From NCBI GenBank assembly GCA_013239625.1, contig MU053482.1, positions 3,991,922 through 4,055,921 on the forward strand: DNA of 64,000 bases, in the 5' to 3' direction. The position numbers and the translations under genes are program-made. The stretch's first letter is position 1. Each line of letters starts with the position of its first letter. Below are positions 37,421-49,605 of this stretch, in pieces. Under the pieces are notes generated by a model. The model ran no database searches. It had not been told where the DNA came from and saw only the letters and a program-made list of their open reading frames with translations. The DNA is from Lama guanicoe (taxonomy: Eukaryota).

Positions 37421-37954
37421 AATCGGTGTGCCAGGAAGGGATCTGGGTTGTAGGTCCCACTCCACACCAGCAGGAGGATCCAGGATGTGTTACTGGGACC
37501 TTTATTTCTCCATCTCTGCAGTGGGGGAAGGGTGGATGGTAATGGATCTGGTGAGGGTAAATGAGACAGAGTGAGGAAAAAGAGCCTTGCGGTCGGAGGG
37601 CTCGGTACGCGTGTTCAGGAAGGTTGTTTAGTTTGCTCCTGAGGCGAGGGGAGAAGGAGGTGCTGAAAAGTTGGCTCTTCCAAGGAGAACCCTGTTGGTG
37701 CCCCAGAGATTGGGATCCTCAGAGAGTCACTTAACCTGGAGAGATGAAGGCGGCAGGAGAGAAGGACCCCGTGGAAGGAAGTGAGCCTGGTGGTCAGCCC
37801 CACTCAGGGGCCCATCCAGACCCAGAGATGGAGGAAGGGTGCTGGCTCCCATGCGAGACCCCATCCGGAGCCCTCCTGGGCCCTCTGGACATTCCGCTGG
37901 AGCCCAGCAGAAGTGCTTGTTTTGCTGACCTGCTCTATACACCCCAGAGGTTCC

Positions 37955-38350
37955 CGAATGCTGTCATTAGGGTCCTCCCTCCATCCCTCTCCCTCCTCCC
38001 AAAACCCTACTCCTCTCTCAAAGTCCAGCTCAAAGGCTGCCTCCCTTGTGAAGTTTCTGTGCTATTTTCAAGGCCAAGGAGAGCCCAGCCACCTGCACAG
38101 CCCACAGCACTGTGTATCCACGTTCTTCCTGTTGTCAGACTTACTGCATCTATGCCCTGTGAGCTCACCGAGATGGGGAACAACTAACTGTTGAATGGAA
38201 TTGAGGAGCATTTTGGGAGTGGTCAGAGCCCTCCATCCAACTCTGCTGTGTGACTGTGGGCTAGTCCAGAAACCTCTCTGGGCAGTCTCCTCGGCTGATG
38301 AGGGGAGGGTTGGGCAGGATGATTCCGAGGGCCCTGCAGCCCTGACCTCC
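37955..38350 (+). mobile_element. L2 tail fragment followed by a MIR fragment
   Basis: ctactcctctctcaaagtccagctcaaa...tgtgagctc...ctgttgaatgg; then caactctgctgtgtgactgtgggctagtcc...aacctctctgggcagtctcctc. Confidence 0.6.
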
Positions 38351-40344
38351 CTGCTGTTCTAAGGATGGACACCGTGAGGTGGGAAATTGCTGGGCAAGGA
38401 GAGGCCAGCCTGTGTCTGAGAGGCTGTGCCCACCTCCACTGTGCAATCTGTGGACCAGACTCTGTGTCCAGAACTAGTCTTTAACGTCCCTTGAGTCTCA
38501 CAGGTGACTCTAGAGAGGTCGTTTAGAACCCTGAGTGGGTAGAATGAACACCTACATTGTTTATCTGCAACGAGAATGTGATTGGCAATAAATTGTTTGG
38601 CCAGTGAGAACGTAATCACTTCTCATCAGATTACCCCTCACAAGTAGCCATTCTGAAATCTTTTCTGTGGCTGATTCAGCTCTGACTAGGAAGGAAAAGA
38701 AGTAAAAAACAAATTAGATGCAGGGATGATGAATCTGACGAAGGACAAAGATTCCCTGAGGCCTTTCCTCCTGTACAGACTCAGGAAGTGGGGAGTGGGT
38801 TACCAGCAATCTTAAGAAGCTGCCAAAGAAGTCCAAGGTAGTTAGAGATAGCGGCCCCCTCTTAACTTCACTCCCATGTTGTACAAAAATGAAGTTCAGT
38901 CCAAGTTCTCCGACACATGCAGACATTTATTCACTCTCAAAGCAGGCAATAAAACCATTCCCACAACCCTGCTCTGTGAGCTCAGTGAAGCCCCTACTCT
39001 CCATCCTTTAATATCAAACCACATCCTGTGTGAAAGGATGAGGCAGACAGAACAGAATCCCCGACGTGGAATTCTGTGCTCCTTGTCAACATCAGAGAAC
39101 CAGAAAGCCTCCTAAACCAGTGGCCAGACCGGAACCTTGCCTCAGGGGGAAAGGGTGCGGGCCTCCCTGGATTCCTCGGTTCTGTTCATGCACAGGTGAA
39201 TATTGTCTCTAGAGCATCTCACGCCAGTCCACGTATCTGAACGCCTTTCTCTCCTCCAATGCGAGTTCATTTCTGATGTTCATCTTGCCAGTCAACAGGC
39301 CACTATTTTCACCAATAAAACCCATTTCTAGTGTGCAATATGCTAATTTTCAGTGTCTCAGCTGTCGATCGAAATGCAGATAACAGAAGTGCTTACAACA
39401 GTTGCTTCTAACACATGGGTTTCCTCTTGGGGATGCGTGTTAGCTGGTGCCCCTGGTCTGGGGGTCTCCGATTAGGGCAACAGCTCTGGAAATTGAGTTC
39501 TTCTCTACGCTGAAGTATTTGAAGGTAAATTACTGACATCATAACAAGGAACCACAAACAGGAAACTCTGTGACCCTGTCAATCACTGGGTTTGGAGAGA
39601 GAAAGTAATTTACTAAACCTTATCTTGTACATAGGTTCTATCCCTGACTAGAGATTCATTCACTGACTGAGTTCACACCCAAGACGTGGACCCTGACCCC
39701 CATCACCAGCTGACCTCTGACCCTGGCTATAGATGGAGTCACTAAACTCTGCAGAGCCTGCCTAGACCCCAGGCAACTTTAACTTCAGCCGTGGAAGTGC
39801 CTGGCATAGATCTGAGGACAGCGTGTGACTATAACTGTTCAGGCCACAGGATGAGCCTTCAATCCTGCAAGCCCCTATGTAAATTTAGGTTGGTTTGCAT
39901 TTTATGTCAGTTGCATGTCTGGGAGAGATGTGGATTTCCACCTCCTAACAATACAAAACACTAATTCAGGCCTCTGGGAGTTATTTTGTTGGGGGCTTTC
40001 ACTTCCTGCAAACGTACTGCGTAGATTTTTGGCACATCTAGGGACTCAGAGTCAGTTCAGCCTTTTGAAGGAGCTAAAGAATATGTGAAGCATCCTAATG
40101 AAAATATAGTTAGAGCCCAGGTGGGAGGAATAATTGTTACAGAAATGCACTGGGCTCGTTTTCCCATCGGCACTTTTTGCTTATGTGAAAACCATCCGTC
40201 CCACCCTCCGCTCTCCGCTACGGGTCTAGGAATGGCAGTGTATTTATTTCCATTTTCTGTCCTGGGAACATTGGAATTTCCGAGTCTGGGTTTTGAAGTC
40301 CCTTCGCTGTTTTTATTTATGAAGCAAGGCATAATACAGACAGC

Positions 40345-40755
40345 ACCAGGAACGGGTTCTGAGTTTTGGAATCAGACATCTGGGGCCCCTGTTGTAGCTC
40401 TGCCACCTACTAGCTATGTGACCTCGGGCTCTCAACTTCAGCCTCTCTACGCCTCAGTGAAGTGGGGCTCATCTGAAAAGTGGGGCTGGGGAAGGAGTCA
40501 GGGGAGGAATAAATTAGGAGTTTGGGAAAATAGAGAAACAACATGGACCTACTGTACAGCTCAGGGAACTATACTCAATATCTTGCAGTAACTTACCATG
40601 GCAAAGAATCTGAAAAGGAATATATACATATATGAAAGAAAGGGAAACATGGGGATAATAAAACTTATTAGGGGTCACCGGATGACTAAACTGATAGTGT
40701 TTGTAAAGTACTGGTCATTTACTAAGTGCTCGGTTAAGGGTAGTTACTGTTAGTC
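40345..40755 (+). mobile_element. MIR split by a short L1 3' UTR fragment (about 40486-40643)
   Basis: MIR gctctgccacctactagctatgtgacctcggg...gcctcagt; L1 aacatggacctactgtacagctcagggaactatactcaatatcttg; MIR resumes atggggataata...tgtaaagtact. Confidence 0.8.
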
Positions 40756-41027
40756 CAAGGCCAACCCAACAAAGAAGCTATGTATGGAAATGGCATTAAA
40801 AATACTTGCATTTGGGGACTGTGAGTGCTTCTATTCTGAAGAATACTTATTTGTGAGCCTTAGTGAACCTAAGGTCTGGCCTCGGTCTGGGGTCCAGGGC
40901 ACTGAACGCGTGGCTGTTTGGACCCCCAGCTCCGGGCACTGCTCAGTAGGTCAGAGCTGCGGTCATAGGGCAGGAGCCAGAAGGGGGCTAAGCAGCTCTC
41001 CTTGGGAGAGGGGTGACTTTATTTCTC

Positions 41028-41345
41028 GTGGTGCTTCCCAGATTGTAATGTGCCTCTGAATTTCTTGGGGATCCTATAAAACAGATTCATGGTCAGCAGG
41101 ACTGGGGTGGGGCCTGAGAGTCTGCATTTCCAAGAAGCTCCCAGGAATGTCATTGTTGTTGGCCCTCAGACTACACCTCGAATAGCAAAGCTCTAGAGCA
41201 GTGGTTCTCAGCACTGGCTACACATTAGAAGCTTTAAAAAATACTTATGCCCAGGCTCTGCCTCCGATCGATTAAACAGAACCTTGGGACATGAGGAGCA
41301 GGGGACTGGGCATTGAAAAGCCAGCTTCAGAGATGTTAATTTTAA
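41028..41345. mobile_element. Two tandem MER5-family hAT-Charlie MITEs joined at ctctagag
   Basis: ggggtggggcctgagagtctgcatttccaagaagctcccagg...; ctctagag (Charlie-type target) followed by cagtggttctcagcactggctacacattagaa. Confidence 0.8.
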
Positions 41346-42367
41346 TTATTGACCAAGGACACACTGATGGCCCGATTCTGGCTGTATCTCCACATTTGGC
41401 CAGAAGCATCTGGATTGGAGGCTTCCATCGGCCAAGTGCCATGCTGTGGAGGGGACAGGGAGGTGGCGGCCCCTCCAGTGCCTCCCTGCAGCTGCTACCT
41501 GCTGCCTCCTCTTGATCTGCACCCCTTCCCCGTGTCCTGATACACAGGCTGCTTCAGAGCCCACAGGGAAGGAGCAGGGGTTGAAGGGTGATTCCACCCC
41601 ACTGCTGGGGCCCCAAGGGGAGGATGCTGCTTCCAAGTGGAGACTTCCTAGGCTTCCTGACCTTCATCCAGATGTGTGGAGGCTCCTGGACAACCAACAG
41701 ACTGTCTCTGTGCTGACTGGGGCTGGCAGCAGCTATGGCTTCGGGGTCCCAGCCAGGGCGCAATCAGGGAAGGCCAGGCAAGGCCAAGAGTGGCCAAGGT
41801 CTAAGACCAGGTAGACTCACAGACAGCCAAGTGATAGGGTGGACAGTGGACAAGTGGTAGGGGGTACCTATGAGGCAGTAGCCGGATCCCAGCCACCGAC
41901 CCTGGTAACCAGGGGAGGGTGAGGGAGTTGCACTGGACTCTAGTTCCAGTATCTCTGAAACACTGGACGGATTGGAGAGCAGACACTCCAGCATGGGGAC
42001 CAAGAAAGAGACTCCGTCCTTGGAACTGGGTCCACGGGACAGGGAGATAGCAGGTAGAGAAGAGGTGGCAGAGGGTCAGAAGGACCCGGTGCTCCGCTGT
42101 GATGCTGAGCTGGACCCCTCCTGTCCTCGAGTGGTCAGGTGGATGGGCTGAGTTGAAGGGAGCAGTGGAGGTGAGGGGATGGTGCTGAGGCAAGAAAGAG
42201 GCCTGCGCCACATGCCTTCTTCTCTAAACCAGGGAGCTTTGAATGAGAATCATTTCTTGCCTGGGACCATCACAAGCCGCAGCCAGCTTCAAAGCTGGAC
42301 CCCCGAGAATGTCTAGTTTCTAGAGCCCATGGGAGGACTTGCTGAGAAGGAGTTGGTTCCAGCCTCC

Positions 42368-42620
42368 ATATCAGTCAGTTTTCTCCAGAAAAGCACAGCC
42401 AGATTTCCTCTCCAGGAAACCCGTTTTGGCTCAAAAGGCCTTCCATTCACTGAATGAGTCTCACCCACATTGTGGAGGGCTATCTCCTTGACTTAGTCAC
42501 CTGACTGTGGATGTTAACCTCATCAACAAAAGACCTTCACAGCAACACCGAGGTCAATGTTTGATTAAGCCACTGGGTGATATAGTCTAGCCGAGCTGAC
42601 ATATAAAATGAACGATCACA
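42368..42620 (-). mobile_element. MLT2 (C/D-type) ERVL LTR with an internal deletion
   Basis: atcagtcagttttctccag (3' end) close to cacccacattgtggagggc...accttcacagcaacacc...ctagccgagctgacatataaaatgaacgatcaca (5' end). Confidence 0.8.
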
Positions 42621-42769
42621 CCCTCCCGTGGGTGCACTCCTGTGGCTGCAAAGTGCCAAAGACTTCTAGGGGGTGTGTGTTGGCCTGTGTGTCTGTACAC
42701 AGACGCATACCAGTGTTCAGTGCGTGAACTGGGTGTTCAGTGGACACAGGACTAGACTCTCCCTTTTCC

Positions 42770-43520
42770 CTCCCCACCTCTGCCTGGGCTCGAGTCCCCA
42801 CCACCTGAGGCTGCGCCATTGCCCTAGTCTTTTAACCACAGCTTCTAGTCTGTTCTTTCAGCACAGTTATTTTTCTCTACCAACCACAGCCAGAGAGATC
42901 TTCTTAAAGGGCAAATCTAATCAGCTCAGTCTCTGACTCCCTGTTTAAGGTACTTTGATGGCCTTTGTCTTAGCATAACTTATTTCTAGCTGAGCTGCTA
43001 CCTGCAGGAACTAATAATATTTCCTGAACAATCCAGACTGCATCATACCTCTGGGCCTTTGCTCATGCCTAGAATGCACTCTTTGCTTATAGGCACTCCA
43101 TCCTGTCTCTCTCCTATCCTTCTAATCTGTCACCTACTGCCCGTCCCACATGCACGCACGCACATACACACACATACACACATAAGAATACCTAGCAGTC
43201 TATCTAGACTTCCTCCATACAGTCACCTCTTGCCCATCCTCGCCACCTGAGAACCAACCACGCTTTCCTTGGTGTCCTCTCTCATCCATCTACCCCATTC
43301 ATTTGTCTACCCTGGGGTCTGTGTAGACTTCCAGCACAGAGCCTGACACATCTTACTGCACTTGCTTTCATCTTTATCTGTCTGTCTTCCCCAGTGATCC
43401 TATGTTCCCTGGGAGCATGTCTCCAGTACTCCAGTACCAGGCCTGCCTATGATGTTTTCTCAATAAGTGTCAAATGAGAAAATGTTGGAAGGAATGAGCA
43501 AGTCAGTGGATAAATGCATG
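42770..43520 (+). mobile_element. L2 3' region containing a short (CA)n tract (43147-43182)
   Basis: accacagccagagagatcttcttaaagggcaaatctaatc...catacctctgggcctttgctcatg...ctcaataagtg. Confidence 0.7.
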
Positions 43521-43694
43521 CATAAATACTAAACGTCCCAAAACCAGATACTTTTTTTTCACCTTTCGAAGTTTCCTGATGCTTTTTCCCTAATTCCCTA
43601 CAGACAACCTGCAACTTACAGAGGATGACAGGGTCCCCTTAGAGTTGGTGAATCACATTCCTTCTCTTCTCTGGTGGGCAGAACAGAGGAGATG

Positions 43695-43940
43695 AAGGTA
43701 ATAAAAGCAACAGCTTGTATGTATTGAGCACTTACTACCTGCTGAGTTTCCACATGGGTTGTTTCATTGAATCCTCGCAACTCTGAGAGGCGAGTACTTT
43801 TATTATCCCTCCTTTGCAGGCGAGAAAACTGAGACTCAGTGGTAACACAGTGACACAGCCAGCAAGGGGCAGGGCCAGGACTGAACTCAGGCAGCCTGAT
43901 TCCCGAGTCCACCCTCAACCAGCACGCTATCCTGCCTCCT
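43695..43940 (-). mobile_element. MIR SINE
   Basis: tattgagcacttact...tcattgaatcctcgcaactctgagagg...attatccctcctttgcaggcgagaaaactgagactcag. Confidence 0.85.
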
Positions 43941-44074
43941 GGAGGGCATATAATTTAGTTCCAAATTGGTGGAAAGCACTTTATTTAAGTCAACTTGATT
44001 TGGACCACAATTTGGTTTAAAAAGAATATTTCCACTTTCATTATTTACAGTTAATGTCGACACACGATGAGGTT

Positions 44075-45075
44075 TCTTCTACTTTATTTTCTACTGAGAT
44101 ACAGATCACATATCATAAAGTCATCCCTTTAAAGTGTGCAATCCAGTGGTTTTTAGTATATTCATAAGGTTGTGCCACCATCACCAACCACTACCTAATT
44201 CCGGAACATTTTTATCACCCCCTCAAAGAAACCCTGTACCTACTAGCAGTCATTTCCCATTGCCCCTCCCTCCAGCCCCTGGCAATCACTAATCTATTTT
44301 CTGTCCTTACAGATTTGCTTATGCTGGACATTCCATAAATATGGGTTCATCCATTATATCGCCTTTTGTGTCACTTCTTTTACTTAGTGTGATGTCTCAA
44401 GTTTTGTCCAAGTTGTGGCTTGGAACAGTACATGATTCCTTTTTATGATTGGATAAACTTTTATTGTATGCTAGGTTGAATAATAATTCACAAATATAAC
44501 TACACCCTAACCCCTGGAACATTGCCTTAAATGGCAAAAAGGACTTTGCAGGTGTGACTAAGCAAGGATCTCAAGATGGGATGATAATCCTGGATGATCC
44601 AGTCAATGTGATGCTAAAAGCAGAGATTGGACTGTTCCACTTCAAAGATGGAGGCAGGGGCCCCCAGGCAAGGAGCACAGGTGGTCGTTAGAGGCTGACA
44701 AAGGCAGGGAAATAGATTCTCCCTTTACAGCCTCCAGAAGGAACTGGCCCTGACAACACTTGGGCTCTAGGTAATGAAACTGGTTAGTGACTTCTGGTCT
44801 CCAGAACCATAAGAGAATAAATCTGTGTTGTTTTAAGCCACCAAATTCCTGGTCATTTGTTACAGCAGTCATAGGAAGCTAATAATTTAGATACACCAAA
44901 TTTTTCTTCTCCTTTCAATTGATGGACATTTGGTTCTTTCCACCTTTTGGCTATTATGAATAATGCTACTGTGAACATTCATATACAGGTTTTTGTGTGA
45001 ACATATGTTTTCAAATCTCTTGGGTTTGTATCCAGGAGAGGAATTGCTGGGTCATGTGGTAACTCTTTTTACTTG
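44075..45075 (-). mobile_element. L1MB-type 3' end interrupted by an MLT1D LTR
   Basis: tgagatacagatcacatatcataaag...ccagcccctggcaatcactaatctattttctg...gatggacatttggttctttccaccttttggctattatgaataatgct. Confidence 0.88.
44469..44885 (+). mobile_element. MLT1D MaLR solo LTR (internally deleted) nested in the L1MB
   Basis: atggcaaaaaggactttgcaggtgtgactaag...gattctccctttacagcctccagaagg...aataaatctgtgttgttttaagccacc...gttacagcagtcataggaagctaata. Confidence 0.88.
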
Positions 45076-45790
45076 ATGAGGTCGGGACTGCAGACTTCTG
45101 CACATCCTGAGAGGCCAGCGAAGTATTTCAAACAGGGCCAGCTGAAGGCCGGGCAGATTGAAGAGGTTATCATGCGAGACCCCTGGGGATGACAGACAGT
45201 CTGGAAGTCCCCAAGGGCACATGCAGCACTCTCAGAGGACCAGAGGACGTGGGACTGCAGTTATTTTTTGTTTGCAAATAGAAGCAGGGCTGCTGTTTCC
45301 CAAAGCTACTGCTGAAATAGTGTAGATAGGACACTATGTTTGATAAAAATAAACTGATCAGAATTTCAAAGGACAGTCACAGCAGAAGCTGACAAGGGCA
45401 GTGTTTGCCAAGTGGATTCAGACATGACAAATGTTGCCCGAGTCACCTGTGTCAGCCTTGAGCCAAGGTGGGTGGGCTCTTTTGCATGAGTTTTTGGATT
45501 TAGTTCTCACTGGAACCCGACTGGGGATGCATCGCTCTCCTCCATGTGTTACGACCAAGGATGACACAGACGCCAAGAGGGGAAGGGTCTTCACAGGTCA
45601 CAGAGCCAGAATTCCAACCAGATCTGTCTGCCTTGAACTACTTTTATTTCAATGGGAAAGGAGAACATTTTCTTCAAGGTACTTGTTTGGGTTTCTAAGT
45701 AACACACTGAGAAACCTCCAGTTGTCCTTTGATCTAAAACTTCTCTGGTTGCTTTACAGAGGGAAGGCCTTCTGAGGGAGATGAGGTAGA

Positions 45791-45930
45791 TTTTGTTTGT
45801 TTGTTTCTTTTGGAGGGGAGGTAATAAGGTTTATTTGTTTATTTGTTTTTAATGGAAGTACTGGGGATTGAACCCAGGACCTTGAGCATGCTAAGCACAC
45901 ACTCCACCACTGAGTTATAACCTCCCCCAA
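45791..45930 (-). mobile_element. tRNA-Ala-derived SINE (camelid Vic-1 type) with its 3' extension
   Basis: Reverse complement of a tRNA-Ala(AGC)-like head, then an aaataaac...attacctcccc tail; perfect 13-bp TSD gagatgaggtaga at 45778-45790 and 45931-45943. Confidence 0.88.
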
Positions 45931-46104
45931 GAGATGAGGTAGAGACACCAGTCTTATAATTCCCCATAGGAACCGAGGCAGACAGAGGTATGAAGCAGTC
46001 TGATGGTGGTTTTTTCCTGTTGTTTTGTATTTTTGCTTCTTGAGCATCTTCTACAAGCCAGGCTTCTCCTGTGGTCCTCACAGCAACCTTTGGAGGTAGT
46101 TTTT

Positions 46105-46192
46105 GGGGGAGGGCATAGCTCAGTGGTAGAGTGCATGCTTAGCATGCACGAGGTCCTGAGTTCAATCCCCAGTACCTCCATTAAAAAAAAAA
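46105..46192 (+). mobile_element. tRNA-Ala-derived SINE (Vic-1 type, short form) inserted in a minus-strand MIR (about 46040-46345)
   Basis: gggggagggcatagctcagtggtagagtgcatgcttagcatgcacgaggtcctgagttcaatccccagtacctcca plus polyA; A box 46116-46126, B box about 46158-46168; degenerate TSD ttggag(g)tagtt. Confidence 0.88.
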
Positions 46193-47779
46193 GGAATGTT
46201 GGAGTAGTTATTATTATCTCCACTTCACAGTTGAGAGGAAGGGTAGACGGAGAGGTTATGGCCCCCCAGTGAGCCAGCTGGTAAACACTAGAGCCGGAAT
46301 CTGAACCCGGGTTTACCTATTGGAAAGCCCTTGCTGTTTTCACCACAAAATCTTATCACATTAGGGGTTGGAATTTGAGACTCAGAGAGAATTAGGATTT
46401 TTCTTTCTGAGCTACCTGGTGGCCGAAGTGAGAAAAGAGAAGGATCCAAGCAGAAGCCTACAATGACTTTGCAGCTGGTGTGAGTTTGGGAGGGAAGATG
46501 CAGAGACACCAACCTGGGATGGACCAGTGAGATTCATTGAAGCTCAGGCCCAGAGAAGCAGCCCGACCTGATAGGCCATTGAAGGGATGTACAAAGAGCA
46601 TGAGACTGGGAACCAAATCCTGCTCCACCACTTACTACTGGGCAAATGTGGGCAGGTGATTTAATCGGAGCCTTAGTCTTCTTACTTAAGATGGAGATAA
46701 GGAAAGCCTGGTGAAAATTAGAAAGACGAGAAAAGTGCCCCGGCAGTAGATATGCAGCAGGCCCCAGCTTCCCCAGGCTACACAGCTCCACGGGGTGAAG
46801 CAGACCAACATCTCCTTCCCCAGACATCATTCTTGGAGGCATATGGGGCCCTGGAGGCTGGAGCCTTCCCCTTCCTCAGTCACTGCTGAGAGGCTAGGTT
46901 CACACTCCTTAGGCTCACCGAACCCACAGGTCACTAAGAGCGGGGCCTTGGGTGGTCAGGACTTTTGGGCAAAGAGCTTGAAGAGTCTGGAAATCCAGCT
47001 CAGCGTTTCCTCAGCATGCAGCCCCAGGAGACTTGAGTAGCAAAGATACCACAATCCTGCCAGTGGTGACTGCTTCCTTGTTGCTAAGCGACCAAATATT
47101 ACATATTAAGTTCCTGTTGATGAAGCTAATTGCAAAGGTTAATTGTCCTCCGAGATGAAAAATGCTCCAGGAATGTATTTAGGAGTTGTCTCTGAACTTC
47201 TGAGAGAACATGAGTTTTTGCAAAAGTCTGTTTTTCAGATGGTGATGGAATCAGTGCTTTGTTCTTCCTACTTTGTTCATCCCCTAGAGTGGAAGTTCTC
47301 ACACTTAGCAAAGGAACTGTTCAGGGGGAGTGCATATGGAACCTCGATCTATGGACTAGATCATGAGTAACTAACCTGGGAAGGGCAGGGTGGATTTTAT
47401 AGCCCCACCCACCAGGCCCGCCCACTCAGAGACACACCCACTCGGAGCCTCTCCTCTCTCCTCGTCCCTCTACCCAGTGGCTCACTTGTGCTACTTGCTG
47501 GTTTCTCACTTGTCTCTCCATCATTACACTGTGAGGTCTTTAAGAGGTAAAGCTGTGCTCGGTGTATCTGTGTCCTGAGTGTCTAGCATAGAACCTGATG
47601 CAGGACAAGTGAACAGCCAGTGCATGTCTAATAAATGACACTCTTATCTGTCATGAACCAGGCTGAGTCAGGTGAATGCAGTTAAAACACTTGATTCAAA
47701 GATCATATCATGGAGTTCCAACACTGTTCCAGTTGCTGGGTTGGGGGTTCCTGGGAAAGGAGGTCAGAGACGTAAGACG

Positions 47780-47960
47780 AGAGGATTTCCATCTCACTTC
47801 CAGTATTTACCACTTAGTAACCTTGGACATGTGGCTTCACCCTTCCAGAGCCTCAATTTCCTCATCTTTAAATAGGGATGATAAAGTGTACTTCCCCTCC
47901 GAGGTCAACTGGTGTTGACCATGTAGAGTCTGTGGCATGGTGTCTGGCACAGGGAAGGGG
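47780..47960 (+). mobile_element. MIR SINE
   Basis: gtaaccttggacatgtggcttcacccttccagagcctcaatttcctcatctttaaatagggatgataaag. Confidence 0.75.
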
Positions 47961-48569
47961 CTCGGAATGGTAGCTGGGGGTTTTGTTGGTTTGTGTATTT
48001 GTTTTTTGAGGTTGTTGTTTTCCAACAGGAGGCTAAAGTGATCACTGTGGGACAGTCTGCCTCAGGCAGGAGGGCAAATTCTGATTCAGTTCATGAGACT
48101 TCTAAGGAAAGGCACAGCACCTAAGCTGGGGGCGGAAGGCAGTGGGCAGAAAGGAGTGAGGTACGGCTCTCCAAACCGTCTCCAGCGACATCTTTTCCAT
48201 TTCACGAGTAAGGATTTAAGAGGCGTTTCCTTCGAAGAAGATGCTTGTCCCTTCATTTGAGGGGCTGTGAGTGGTGCTGGGTGATGATGTGGTGACTGCT
48301 GCTGGTTCTGTCTCAAGGTCACCTGTGGGGACCACTAGGCAGTTGGCAGCACCACAGAGCTGTGGAGCTTCCCAAGATCTGGGTGGGGCTCAGATCCTGA
48401 CACTGGGTTCCTGAGGGGGTCATTCCTTAGAAAGTGACATCCATTCAAGTCTGCCACGTGATCCCTCATTCCCTCATTCAGCACCTACTTAGCCTCCATC
48501 ATGCGCCAAGATGAAGGGGTACAGAGATGGGAGACATGAGTCCTACTTTAGGAAGCTCACAATCTAATG

Positions 48570-49095
48570 CAGAGGCCGGCGATCTTTTTCTGTAAAGGTC
48601 TAGATAGTACAGTCATTCCTCAGTTTCCTCAGCCATTGGTTCTAGGACACCTCCCCGCCACCACCGTAGATACCAAAATCCACAGATGCTCAAGTCCCTT
48701 ATATAAAATGGTGTTGTATTTGCACATAACTTGAGCACATCCCCCACATACTTTAAATCATCTCTAGATTACTTACAATACCTAATACAATGTAAATGCT
48801 ATGTAAATAGTTGCAGCCAATTCAAGTTTTGCTTTTTGGAACTTTCTGGAACTTTTTTTTAAAATATATTTTTGATCTGTGGTTACTTGGATGCAGATCC
48901 CACAGATATGGAGGGCTGTCTGCAAATATTTTTAGCTTTGTGGACCATATGGGCTCTGCTGCAATTACTCAACTCTGCCATTGTAGCATGAAAGCAGCTA
49001 CAGACAATATGGAAACAAATAGGTATGACTGTGTTCCAATAAAACTGTCCCTGAGAAACCCAGTTTGGCCCAAGGACTATACTTTGCTAACCTCT
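48570..49095 (-). mobile_element. MER58A hAT-Charlie element inserted in a minus-strand L2 and itself split by MER2
   Basis: ctttttctgtaaaggtctagatagta | aatatttttagctttgtggaccatatgg...actcaactctgccattgtagcatgaaagcagc...tgtgttccaataaaact. Confidence 0.85.
48610..48922. mobile_element. MER2/MER2B Tc1-mariner (Tigger) non-autonomous element
   Basis: TA|cagtcattcctc...gataccaaaatccacagatgctcaagtcccttatataaaatgg...ctttaaatcatctctagattactta...gatatggagggctgtctg|CA. Confidence 0.88.
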
Positions 49096-49379
49096 TCGAG
49101 AAAGACAAAGTGGTAAATGGATCATGACAATAAGTGCCATCATGCAGATGTTACAGAGTATGGCAGGGGCCCAGATGAGAGGGGAAAAAACCTCTTGTTT
49201 AAGAGCTTTCCTGCAGAAATCAGCCGGGTGTCTTCGGTAAAGTCACTCTCTACATCTTAGTTTCTCCAATGGGATATTGACATGACAGAGAACACCGGAT
49301 AATTGTGAGGACTTACACCTGTAACATGCTGTCTGGGTTATAGTGAGGTCTATATGCCAACTTGATGACTGTTAGCAAG

Positions 49380-49605
49380 AAGAATAGCTAGTGTTTCAGG
49401 GCCTTTTATACGTGCTAGCCACATTTACATGCACTTTGCACGTATTATCTCATTTAAACCCCATAACTCCACTATGGGAGATCTATAATCATTCCTTCCA
49501 TTTTGCATATGAGAAAACTAAGAAAGTAAGAGGTTAAACCATTACCTAGTTAGGGAGAGCCAGGACTCAAAGGGAGAGTCCAGAGCTAGAGCTCTAACCA
49601 TTACA
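49380..49605 (-). mobile_element. MIR SINE
   Basis: gtattatctcatttaaaccccataac...ccattttgcatatgagaaaactaag...gaggttaa. Confidence 0.75.

Noticed and set aside
40085..40591. 168-aa plus-strand ORF
   Set aside because: It reads through MIR and L1 3' UTR fragments.
46105..46180. Apparent tRNA-Ala(AGC) gene
   Set aside because: Extra 5' G-rich bases, stem mismatches, a polyA tail, a TSD and insertion inside a MIR indicate a retroposed SINE.
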